Below are positions 9,637-18,603 of a DNA stretch of 64,000 bases, in pieces. Location of the stretch: the NCBI RefSeq assembly GCF_053078305.1, contig NZ_CP166875.1. One strand, written 5' to 3'. The notes beneath the pieces are model-generated. The model searched no databases. It had not been told where the DNA came from and saw only the letters and a list, made by a program, of their open reading frames with translations. Source of the DNA: a plasmid. Both the position numbers and the translations under genes were made by a program. Each line of letters opens with the position of its first letter. The stretch's first letter is position 1.

Positions 9637-9978
9637 ATGCATACAGGGGATTTGTGTTTTTTTACAGGTGCCAGCCTGTTTATCGTGGGGGGTGTTGGTT
9701 ATTTCTTTACAGGACCAAATAATAAAGGAGTTTATCTGCTGAGCTCGTTTGTCTTCTTTGTAGTAAATGTCATAAGTGTATGTGTGCTGCCAGATAATTT
9801 CTTGTTTCTTTGTGGTGCGGTTATGAATCAGTGTGCCGTACCCGTTGTTTCAATGGCAGTCGGTACCATTCCGGTTATCACGAAGTTCGAGAGGTTCAGA
9901 AGAATATTTGTCTGTATTATGTTGTCATCAGCATGGTCAGGAGTAATGTGGTTTTTTATTATTTCATTAGTGAAATGA
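9637..9978 (+). CDS. trbA: TrbA
   Basis: 113-aa hydrophobic protein in the F TrbA position. Confidence 0.55.
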   Translation: MHTGDLCFFTGASLFIVGGVGYFFTGPNNKGVYLLSSFVFFVVNVISVCVLPDNFLFLCGAVMNQCAVPVVSMAVGTIPVITKFERFRRIFVCIMLSSAWSGVMWFFIISLVK

Positions 9979-10303
9979 CTGGTGCTAATTTGTCATAAAT
10001 GACAAATCCAATAGTGAGGTTGATTACCACAGACCAGAGGATAAACCAGACTGCTATCCAGTGACTTCTGAATAATTCACAAAAATAAACATAGATGATT
10101 AGAAATAGCCATATCACAACAGCGATGATTGCTATAAATAACAGTATCGTCACAAATAAATCAGCAAAGGTTTTAATGGGGAAGGAATGCAATAATGAAT
10201 ACACCAGTAAAGCAAAAGCCGCATTACCTGATAATGACTCTCTTATGATGTTTCTCACTATTTCCAGTTTTTCTTTGAAAGATAACTTTTTCATATAACA
10301 CAC
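9959..10303 (-). CDS. artA: ArtA-like antisense-strand ORF
   Basis: 114-aa hydrophobic ORF on opposite strand between trbA and traQ, as artA in F. Confidence 0.4.
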   Translation of the reverse strand: MCYMKKLSFKEKLEIVRNIIRESLSGNAAFALLVYSLLHSFPIKTFADLFVTILLFIAIIAVVIWLFLIIYVYFCELFRSHWIAVWFILWSVVINLTIGFVIYDKLAPVISLMK

Positions 10304-10375
10304 TGATTAATTTCACGAAAGTTAAGCAGGTTATATACGTGAATAAATTCATGTAAACCACAACAGGATATTCAA

Positions 10376-10666
10376 ATGATAAGTAAACACAGATTCTCTT
10401 TACCCCGACTGGATATTACGGGGATGTGGGTATTTTCCCTGGGTGTCTGGTTCCATATTGTTGCCCGTCTGGTTTACAGAAAACCCTGGATGGCTTTCTT
10501 TCTGGCAGAGCTTATTGCAGCCATTCTCGTTCTGTTTGGCGCATACCAGATACTGGATACATGGATAGCCCGCGTCAGTCAGGAAGAGCGTGAGGCACTG
10601 GAAGTCAGACAGCAGTTGTTACTGAGAGAACGGAAGGATAATGATGATGAACATGTTTCCCGTTAA
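10376..10666 (+). CDS. traQ: TraQ pilin chaperone
   Basis: 96 aa, TM segment, F synteny. Confidence 0.8.
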   Translation: MISKHRFSLPRLDITGMWVFSLGVWFHIVARLVYRKPWMAFFLAELIAAILVLFGAYQILDTWIARVSQEEREALEVRQQLLLRERKDNDDEHVSR

Positions 10667-11198
10667 ATCGCTGTCCGTTGTCCTGCTTTTTCTGGCCAGC
10701 TGTACACAGGCATCCACACGTGCGGAAATCGAGCGACTCTGGCATCCGGAGGGAATGGCAGCACGGACAACTCAGCCGGCAGCAGACGCACAGGTGCGAC
10801 AGGAGAAAGCAGCAACCCGCTGGTTCCGCCTCAGCAACGGAACTCAGGTCAATCTTGCTGACTGGAAAGTGGTGCTGTTCATGCAAGGGCGATGTCCGTA
10901 CTGTCACCAGTTTGACCCGGTACTGAAACAACTGGCGCTGCAGTACGGATTTTCCGTATTTCCCTATACCCTGGATGGTCAGGGTGATACGGCCTTTCCG
11001 CAGGCGTTACCTGCACCACCGGATGTACTGAAAACATTCTTCCCGAATATCCCGGTGGCCACACCGACCACCTTCCTGGTCAACGTCAACACGCTTGAGG
11101 CATTACCGCTTTTACAGGGGGCAACGGATGCCGCCGGTTTTATGGCGCGGATGGATACCGTTCTGCAGATGTACGGAGGGAAAAAAGGTGCGAAATAA
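10641..11198 (+). CDS. trbB: TrbB thioredoxin-like disulfide isomerase
   Basis: 185 aa, signal peptide, CPYC motif. Confidence 0.85.
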   Translation: MMMNMFPVKSLSVVLLFLASCTQASTRAEIERLWHPEGMAARTTQPAADAQVRQEKAATRWFRLSNGTQVNLADWKVVLFMQGRCPYCHQFDPVLKQLALQYGFSVFPYTLDGQGDTAFPQALPAPPDVLKTFFPNIPVATPTTFLVNVNTLEALPLLQGATDAAGFMARMDTVLQMYGGKKGAK

Positions 11199-11412
11199 GC
11201 AGGTGGTGTTACTCATTGCCGGAATATCCGGCGTCGCGACGGGAATAATCGTCAGCCTGAATATCCCCTTTATCCGTCAGGGACTTTTTTATCCCGCCAG
11301 CCCTGCAGAAATTGTCGTTTCGCTGTGTCTTACCTTTTCTGTTTCTGTTGTGTTTTTGTGGGGGCAATTGTGGGATGGATTTCAGTATCTGAAATATATT
11401 ACAGCCGCATGA
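11188..11412 (+). CDS. trbJ: TrbJ
   Basis: Small hydrophobic protein; GTG start at 11188 inferred inside ORF 11095..11412. Confidence 0.5.
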   Translation: MRNKQVVLLIAGISGVATGIIVSLNIPFIRQGLFYPASPAEIVVSLCLTFSVSVVFLWGQLWDGFQYLKYITAA

Positions 11413-11421
11413 ACGGTCTGA

Positions 11422-11847
11422 ATGAATCATCAGAAATATCAGAGGAAACTTATAATGAAAGAAAAAAGAAATGATGCGGAACAAAAAAACAGAAAAACTA
11501 AACGGGATTATGATTATGAACGCAGGGTTTCTGATATATATTTTGATCTGTTTTTTGTGTTCGTTGCTGCCGGAACTTTTTTATGGGTGATTATGCACAG
11601 TATTTTTGATGCCTGTATTGATTCGTGGAAAGCGGACCCGAAATTACTTAATTTCCACTATATGTGGAACATCCTGATGTATGTCATTCCGTATACGTTA
11701 TGGGCGTTTGCAGGTGGATTTCTTATCGTATACGTCAGGAACCCTTTAAATGAATTAATAAACGGGGGGATCAGGATATTCCGGCTGAAACGCCGTATGC
11801 GCCGGGATAACAAATTAAGGGAGGGTGGCAATAATGCTTCGCATTAA
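11422..11847 (+). CDS. trbF: TrbF
   Basis: 141-aa ORF with TM segments in the F TrbF position. Confidence 0.6.
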   Translation: MNHQKYQRKLIMKEKRNDAEQKNRKTKRDYDYERRVSDIYFDLFFVFVAAGTFLWVIMHSIFDACIDSWKADPKLLNFHYMWNILMYVIPYTLWAFAGGFLIVYVRNPLNELINGGIRIFRLKRRMRRDNKLREGGNNASH

Positions 11848-13207
11848 ACCTCTTCTGGTTCTTTGTGCCGCTTTACTGACGGTCACACCTGCAGCGTCAG
11901 CGGATGTGAACAGCGACATGAACCAGTTCTTCAACAAGCTGGGCTTTGCCACCAATACCACCCAGGCCGGAGTCTGGCAGGGGCAGGCTGCCGGGTATGC
12001 CTATGGCGGTTCTCTGTATGCCCGTAATCAGGTCAGAAATATCCAGCTTATCTCCATGACACTGCCCGACATCAATGCAGGGTGTGGTGGCATCGATGCC
12101 TATCTCGGCTCATTCAGTTTTATTAATGGCGAGCAGCTGCAGCGTTTTGTTAAGCAGATTATGAGTAACGCGATGGGGTACTTTTTTGACCTTGCCCTGC
12201 AGACAACGGTGCCCGAAATCAAAACCGCGAAAGACTTCCTGCAGAAGATGGCGAATGACATTAACAGTATGAACCTCAGCTCCTGTCAGGTGGCACAGGG
12301 GATTGTCGGAGGATTATTTCCTCAGACTCAGGTGTCACAGCAGAAGGTCTGTCAGGATATTGCAGGTGAGAGCAATATTTTCGCCGACTGGGCCGCGTCC
12401 CGTCAGGGCTGCACGGTTGGGGGGCAGTCATCGTCTGTTCGTGACAAGGCCAGTGACAAAGATAAGGAACGGGTGCTGAAGAACATAAATATCATCTGGG
12501 ACTCGCTGTCCAAAAACAGGATGCTTGATGGTAACAAAGAGCTGAAAGAGTTCATTATGACGCTCACAGGTACGCTGATTTTTGGTGAAGACAGCGAGAT
12601 TACCCCCCTGCCGGCGCGTACCACTGACCGCGATATCCTCCGGGCGATTATGGAGGGGGGAACGGCAAAAATTTACCACTGCAACGATTCGGACAAGTGT
12701 CTGAAGGTGGTGGCGGATGCAAATGTGACCATCGCCCGGGATAAAGCCCTGAAATCACAGATTACAAAACTGCTCACCAGTATTCAGAATAAAGCCGTGA
12801 GTGACACTCCGCTGGATGACAGGGAAAAAGGCTTCATTTCCAGCACCACCGTCCCCGTCTTTAAATATCTTATTGACCCGCAGATGCTCGGTGTGTCCAG
12901 CAGCGTGGTTTACCAGCTGACGGACTATATCGGCTACGACATCATGCTCCAGTACATTCAGGAACTGCTTCAGCAGGCCCGGGCCATGATTGCCACCGGG
13001 AACTATCCACAGACCGTGCTGGACAGTGTGCTGGAGAATCTGAATCAGGCACAGCAACAGATTGCGGTTTTCCAGGGGCAGGTAAAGGTCCAGCAGGATG
13101 CACTGCTGGTTGTTGACCGTCAGATGAGCTACATGCGCCAGCAGCTGTCCGCCCGTATGCTCAGCCGTTACCAGAACAACTATCACTTCGGAGGGAGCAC
13201 GCTGTGA
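11825..13207 (+). CDS. traH: TraH
   Basis: 460 aa with signal peptide; size and synteny match F TraH. Confidence 0.9.
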   Translation: MAIMLRIKPLLVLCAALLTVTPAASADVNSDMNQFFNKLGFATNTTQAGVWQGQAAGYAYGGSLYARNQVRNIQLISMTLPDINAGCGGIDAYLGSFSFINGEQLQRFVKQIMSNAMGYFFDLALQTTVPEIKTAKDFLQKMANDINSMNLSSCQVAQGIVGGLFPQTQVSQQKVCQDIAGESNIFADWAASRQGCTVGGQSSSVRDKASDKDKERVLKNINIIWDSLSKNRMLDGNKELKEFIMTLTGTLIFGEDSEITPLPARTTDRDILRAIMEGGTAKIYHCNDSDKCLKVVADANVTIARDKALKSQITKLLTSIQNKAVSDTPLDDREKGFISSTTVPVFKYLIDPQMLGVSSSVVYQLTDYIGYDIMLQYIQELLQQARAMIATGNYPQTVLDSVLENLNQAQQQIAVFQGQVKVQQDALLVVDRQMSYMRQQLSARMLSRYQNNYHFGGSTL

Positions 13208-16047
13208 ATGAAGTCTATGTGATTGCCGGTGGTGAGTGGTTGCGCAATAACCTGAACGCCATTGCCGCTTTTATGGGGACCCGGACGTGGGATTCCATTG
13301 AAAAAATTGCGCTCACATTATCTGTTCTCGCAGTGGCTGTGATGTGGGTACAACGGCACAACGTGATGGATTTGCTGGGCTGGGTGGCCGTGTTTGTGCT
13401 TATCAGCCTGCTGGTTAATGTCCGCACATCGGTGCAGATTATTGATAACAGTGACCTGGTTAAGGTTCACCGGGTGGACAATGTGCCGGTCGGTCTGGCG
13501 ATGCCACTTTCACTGACGACCCGTATCGGGCATGCGATGGTGGCCGGCTATGAGATGGTGTTCGCTCAGCCGGACAGCGCCACCTACAGCAAGACAGGCA
13601 TGCTGTTCGGGGCGAACCTGATTGTGAAAAGCACCGATTTCCTGTCCCGGAATCCGGAAATCATCAATCTGTTTCAGGACTACGTCCAGAACTGCGTGCT
13701 GGGTGATATTTACCTGAACCATAAATACACGCTGGAAGACCTGATGGCCTCCTCTGACCCGTACACCATAATCTTTTCTCAGCCCAGCCCTTTACGTCAG
13801 GTGCCGAATAATAATTACAGTTTTCTGCAAAGCTCAGAGCCGTTTGTGTCCTGTAAGGACGCATCCGTCGGACTGAAGGATAAGCTGAATTTTGATACGA
13901 ATACCGGAGGCAAGACCTGGAATTATTATGTGCAGCAGATATTTGGCGGCAGGCCGGACCCTGACCTGTTATTCAGACAACTGGTGAGTGACAGTTACAG
14001 TTATTTCTACGGCTCCAGCCAGTCTGCCAGCCAGATTATGCGCCAGAACGTCACCATGAATGCCCTGAAAGAGGGTATCACCAGTAATGCGGCCCGTAAC
14101 GGTGATACCGCCAGCCTGGTGAATCTGGCCACCACCTCATCGATGGAGAAACAGCGTCTGGCACATGTCTCCATTGGTCATGTGCTGATGCGAAACCTGC
14201 CGATGGTACAGACCATTCTGGTGGGCATTACTATTGGTATCTTCCCGCTCCTGGTGCTGGCTGCGGTCTTCAACAAACTGACGCTGTCCGTCCTGAAAGG
14301 CTATGTGTTTGCCCTGATGTGGTTCCAGACTTGGCCGTTGCTGTATGCCATCCTGAACAGTGCCATGACATTCTATGCGAAGCAGAACGGGGCTCCGGTC
14401 GTGCTCTCTGAACTCTCTCAGATACAGCTGAAATACTCCGACCTGGCATCAACCGCAGGTTATCTTTCAGCAATGATCCCCCCTCTGTCATGGATGATGG
14501 TACGAGGCCTTGGTGCCGGATTTTCCAGCGTATACAGCCACTTTGCGTCTTCTTCCATCACGCCAACCGCCAGTGCGGCAGGCAGTGTGGTTGACGGTAA
14601 TTACTCCTACGGCAACATGCAGACGAATAACGTGAACGGCTTCAGCTGGAGCACCAACAGCACCACGTCATTTGGTCAGATGACGCACCAGACCGGTAGT
14701 GGTGCAACCGCCACGCAGACCCGTGACGGCAGTATGGTGATGGACGCCAGTGGGGCAATGTCCCGTTTGCCGGTTGGTATTAATGCAACGCGTCAGATTG
14801 CAGCAGCGCAACAGGAAATGGCCCGGGAGTCGATGAATAAGGCGGAAAGTGCCCTGCATGGTTTCAGCAGCAGTATTGCCAGTGCCTGGAACACACTCAG
14901 CCAGTTTGGCTCTAACCGGGGAAGCAGTGATTCAGTCACCAGTGGCGCTGACAGCACGATGAGCGCGCAGGACTCCATGATGGCCAGCCGTATGCGCAGT
15001 GCGGTGGAAAGCTATGCGAAGGCGCATAATATCAGCGATGAGCAGGCGACAAGAGAACTGGCATCCAGAAGTACGAGAGGTTCTGCGGGGATGTATGGTG
15101 ATGCTCATGCTGAATGGGGGGTTAAACCTAAAATTCTTGGTGTTGGTGGTGGCGCAGGTGTCAGAGGTGGTGGTAGGACAAGTATTGACTGGAATGATGA
15201 GGATGCGCATCAGGCCAGCAGTGGTTCACGGGCCAGCCATGATGCCCGTCATGATATTGATGCCAGAGCTACACAAGACTTTAAAGAAGCAAGCGATTAC
15301 TTTACCAGTCGCAAGGTCAGTGAATCCGGCAGCCATACTGACAATAATGCCGATTCCAGGGTGGACCAGCTTTCTGCAGCCCTGAACTCAGCGAAACAGA
15401 GTTACGACCAGTACACGACGAATATGACCCGCAGCCATGAATATGCTGAAATGGCCTCCCGTACTGAAAGCATGAGTGGGCAGATGAGTGAAGACCTGTC
15501 ACAACAGTTTGCACAGTATGTGATGAAACACGCGCCGCAGGATGCAGAAGCTATTCTGACAAACACCAGTTCACCGGAGATTGCAGAACGTCGTCGGGCA
15601 ATGGCCTGGTCTTTTGTTCAGGAACAGGTACAGCCTGGTGTTGATAACGCCTGGCGTGAATCCCGTGGCGATATCGGTAAAGGAATGGAGAGCGTACCTT
15701 CGGGCGGTGGCAGCCAGGATATTATTGCAGACCATCAGGGGCATCAGGGTATTATTGAGCAAAGAACGCAGGACAGTAATATCCGTAACGATGTGAAGCA
15801 GCAGGTTGATAATATGGTCACAGAATATCGGGGCAATATCGGGGATACTCAGAACAGCATCCACGGCGAGGAAAATATTGTAAGAGGGCAGTATTCTGAA
15901 CTGCAAAATCACCATAAAACAGAGGCATTATCTCAGAATAATAAATATAATGAAGAAAAATCAGCTCAGGAAGGAATGCCCGGTGCTGACAGCCCACAGG
16001 AACTTATGAACAGGGCAAAAGAGTATCAGGATAAGTATAAGCAATAA
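13204..16047 (+). CDS. traG: TraG (mating pair stabilisation / entry exclusion determinant)
   Basis: 947 aa, polytopic N-domain plus hydrophilic C-domain; size and synteny match F TraG. Confidence 0.9.
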   Translation: MNEVYVIAGGEWLRNNLNAIAAFMGTRTWDSIEKIALTLSVLAVAVMWVQRHNVMDLLGWVAVFVLISLLVNVRTSVQIIDNSDLVKVHRVDNVPVGLAMPLSLTTRIGHAMVAGYEMVFAQPDSATYSKTGMLFGANLIVKSTDFLSRNPEIINLFQDYVQNCVLGDIYLNHKYTLEDLMASSDPYTIIFSQPSPLRQVPNNNYSFLQSSEPFVSCKDASVGLKDKLNFDTNTGGKTWNYYVQQIFGGRPDPDLLFRQLVSDSYSYFYGSSQSASQIMRQNVTMNALKEGITSNAARNGDTASLVNLATTSSMEKQRLAHVSIGHVLMRNLPMVQTILVGITIGIFPLLVLAAVFNKLTLSVLKGYVFALMWFQTWPLLYAILNSAMTFYAKQNGAPVVLSELSQIQLKYSDLASTAGYLSAMIPPLSWMMVRGLGAGFSSVYSHFASSSITPTASAAGSVVDGNYSYGNMQTNNVNGFSWSTNSTTSFGQMTHQTGSGATATQTRDGSMVMDASGAMSRLPVGINATRQIAAAQQEMARESMNKAESALHGFSSSIASAWNTLSQFGSNRGSSDSVTSGADSTMSAQDSMMASRMRSAVESYAKAHNISDEQATRELASRSTRGSAGMYGDAHAEWGVKPKILGVGGGAGVRGGGRTSIDWNDEDAHQASSGSRASHDARHDIDARATQDFKEASDYFTSRKVSESGSHTDNNADSRVDQLSAALNSAKQSYDQYTTNMTRSHEYAEMASRTESMSGQMSEDLSQQFAQYVMKHAPQDAEAILTNTSSPEIAERRRAMAWSFVQEQVQPGVDNAWRESRGDIGKGMESVPSGGGSQDIIADHQGHQGIIEQRTQDSNIRNDVKQQVDNMVTEYRGNIGDTQNSIHGEENIVRGQYSELQNHHKTEALSQNNKYNEEKSAQEGMPGADSPQELMNRAKEYQDKYKQ

Positions 16048-16062
16048 TGCTGGGTTTGGGAG

Positions 16063-16566
16063 ATGATAATGAAAAATTTAGCTCATGTTGCTCTGATAAC
16101 TGTGATACAGCTCATTGCCTGTAATCTGGCTGATTGGGGGGGCGCTGAGACAGTTTTTATCCTGTGCTTTATTGTACTATGGCAGGGATTGTTTATATGG
16201 TTGTTTTCTCAAATACGAAAAAAACGGCATGTGTCGGATGAGTTTAAATTCAGTAAAGGCGTTTGGTATATACTGATGCCAGTATCTTCTTTATTCTCTC
16301 CGTTATTAAGCCTGATGACTTTTATCATTGGTACACTATACGAATTAAGGCGAGTTTGTGGTTGTGTAAGTGTAAGAGAATGGATGCAATCTCAGGTAAA
16401 TGAAAACACCAATGAAGAATTGCATCTGGATTTTGATGATGTGAATTTTGATTATGTGGATTTTTATCGTACTAATCCGGCAACAGGATTAGCTATGCAT
16501 GGAGGATTTGATTCAGCAGGAAATACTTTTGGGACTTGTTGGCAGGACTATGATGATAGGCGATAA
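16063..16566 (+). CDS. traS: TraS-like entry exclusion inner membrane protein
   Basis: 167-aa hydrophobic protein between traG and traT. Confidence 0.55.
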   Translation: MIMKNLAHVALITVIQLIACNLADWGGAETVFILCFIVLWQGLFIWLFSQIRKKRHVSDEFKFSKGVWYILMPVSSLFSPLLSLMTFIIGTLYELRRVCGCVSVREWMQSQVNENTNEELHLDFDDVNFDYVDFYRTNPATGLAMHGGFDSAGNTFGTCWQDYDDRR

Positions 16567-16597
16567 GAAAACTGTAGCTTGTAATAAAGGTAATTTG

Positions 16598-17329
16598 ATG
16601 AAAACAAAAAAATTGATGATGGTTACCCTGGTCAGTTCCACTCTGGTCCTTTCAGGGTGTGGTGCGATGAGCACAGCAATCAAGAAGCGTAATCTTGAAG
16701 TCAAAACTCAGATGAGTGAAACCATCTGGCTGGAGCCTTCCAGTGAACGCACCGTTTTCCTGCAAATCAAAAACACATCTGACAAGGATATGAGTGGATT
16801 GCAGGCAAAAATCAGTGATGCCGTTAAAGCCAAAGGCTACCAGGTTGTGACCTCACCTGACAAGGCATACTACTGGATCCAGGCCAATGTCCTGAAGGCA
16901 GACAAAATGGATTTGCGGGAGTCCCAGACCTGGCTGAACAGCGGTTATGAAGGTGCCATTGCCGGTGCAGCATTGGGCACCGGCATCACAGGATATAACT
17001 CCAGCTCTGCCGGTGCGGCGCTGGGTGTAGGGATTGCCACAGGGTTGATTGGTATGGCTGCCGATGCAATGGTGGAGGATATCAACTACACCATGATCAC
17101 GGATGTGCAGATTGCAGAGCGGACAACATCTAAAGTCAGAACTGATAATGTTGCTGCTCTCCGCCAGGGAACCTCCGGTGCAAAAGTGCAGACCAGCACA
17201 TCAACCGGAAATCAACATAAATACCAGACCCGTGTGGTATCTAATGCCAACAAGGTTAACCTGAAATTTGAAGAAGCGAAGCCTGTACTGGAAGACCAGC
17301 TGGCTAAATCCATCGCGAACATCCTGTAA
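16598..17329 (+). CDS. traT: TraT surface exclusion lipoprotein
   Basis: Start at MKTKKLMMV with lipobox LSGC; 243 aa, near-identical to remembered F TraT; perfect 7-bp-stem hairpin immediately downstream (17341..17364). Confidence 0.92.
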   Translation: MKTKKLMMVTLVSSTLVLSGCGAMSTAIKKRNLEVKTQMSETIWLEPSSERTVFLQIKNTSDKDMSGLQAKISDAVKAKGYQVVTSPDKAYYWIQANVLKADKMDLRESQTWLNSGYEGAIAGAALGTGITGYNSSSAGAALGVGIATGLIGMAADAMVEDINYTMITDVQIAERTTSKVRTDNVAALRQGTSGAKVQTSTSTGNQHKYQTRVVSNANKVNLKFEEAKPVLEDQLAKSIANIL

Positions 17330-17388
17330 ATTACCCATCCGGCCCGGACAGATTGTACCGGGCCGATATTCCTGCCCCGGATGAATAC

Positions 17389-17649
17389 ATGAACCGTGCA
17401 GAATCTCGTCTCTCGCAGGTACTCTTTCTGCTGGGCTATGACAGTGAAAAGTATCCTGAGCATGTATGTCGGGAGTTATTAAAAGAACTTTACCGGTTTG
17501 CTGATGCAACCGGAGATTCTGAACTGGCCATAGCCTGCCAGAGATACCTGACAGCACTGGAACCGTTCTCTGCATATGAGATCGGCGTAAGCGCAACAGA
17601 ATATCTTCCTGTGAGTGAATATCCGACCGGACGTCGCAGAAGAAAATAG
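17389..17649 (+). CDS. hypothetical protein in traT/traD insert
   Basis: ORF 17353..17649 begins with TTG inside the traT hairpin; first ATG at 17389; weak ribosome-binding site. Confidence 0.3.
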   Translation: MNRAESRLSQVLFLLGYDSEKYPEHVCRELLKELYRFADATGDSELAIACQRYLTALEPFSAYEIGVSATEYLPVSEYPTGRRRRK

Positions 17650-17716
17650 CTGACGCCTCGCGTTGCTCGTTGTCCAACCCCGGGAAGTAACAAAATAAAT
17701 TTTGTCACTTCCCGGC
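17641..17716. repeat. conserved ~75-bp hairpin element, copy 1 (second copy at 29931..30005)
   Basis: Shared flanks TGACGCCT(T)CGCGTTGCTC(A)GTTGTCCAACCCCGG ... CCCGGCGTTTC around a stem-loop; both copies abut a stop codon. Confidence 0.7.
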
Positions 17717-17816
17717 GTTTCCGAAATAAATATGAGAACACTGAACGGTTGTGCAAATTCTTTGTGCGACCGTGAAGTGTTGCCGGCGAAGCCGGAAGCT
17801 TCCGGAGAAAGTCATT

Positions 17817-18548
17817 ATGACATCAGACAATATCGCTGAATATGTTGGTGAGAATAATCAATTTACTGAGAAGCCTGTAACTGAATACTCCCCGGTGATA
17901 CAGGATAATACAGCGACCACAAAAGATTATCTGTACAGCAATAATATTGATACTGACCTTTTAGTGGTTATCGGAGGGCTTATTGTTATATTGTTTCTCA
18001 TGATGCTTGTCATGTACTTTATTAATTCTCTCAGGCATAAGGAATTAACTGAAATACTGACAAAAATATCTTTTCCTGAGAAATCCGGGAGCAATCCGCT
18101 TAAGCCGGAAGAGGGCCGCTGTAATTTGTTGTCCCTGTGTGTGCTGGCCCCGGTATTCTGTACCCCCAAAAAACTGGCAGAAGTCTCCAGACAGATCATC
18201 GTGACCAGTGCGAAGGAAATTGCCTGGACGCCCGGGAGTAGCCGTATTGATGGTGAGCAGGAAGAAAATATTACCTGGTCTCTGTCGTCACAGACTCATG
18301 CCGATAAATACGATCTCATCAATAAAACATCCCGTGTTTCTCCTGACAGTGGCCACTTTTATGAACCGGGCACGGCTCTGGATTATCGTGAGCGGGTACG
18401 CCTTTTTGTTCAGATCCAGTATTCACACGAGAGTGACTGGTCTGAAATATTGCGCCTGACTGATATCGTGCTGGAAAAAGTTTCTTCCGGCAGACCAGCA
18501 GGCGGCTATCACCACCGGTATACAGGGTATACATGGTTTGTTCTGTGA
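17817..18548 (+). CDS. hypothetical membrane-anchored protein in traT/traD insert
   Basis: ATG at 17817 preceded by ggaga; one TM helix near residue 70; not an F tra protein. Confidence 0.45.
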   Translation: MTSDNIAEYVGENNQFTEKPVTEYSPVIQDNTATTKDYLYSNNIDTDLLVVIGGLIVILFLMMLVMYFINSLRHKELTEILTKISFPEKSGSNPLKPEEGRCNLLSLCVLAPVFCTPKKLAEVSRQIIVTSAKEIAWTPGSSRIDGEQEENITWSLSSQTHADKYDLINKTSRVSPDSGHFYEPGTALDYRERVRLFVQIQYSHESDWSEILRLTDIVLEKVSSGRPAGGYHHRYTGYTWFVL

Positions 18549-18603
18549 ATGTATTCCACACCGCTCTTTTCTGCTCTGTACCTGACTTTACCGGAGTTTC
18601 ATC

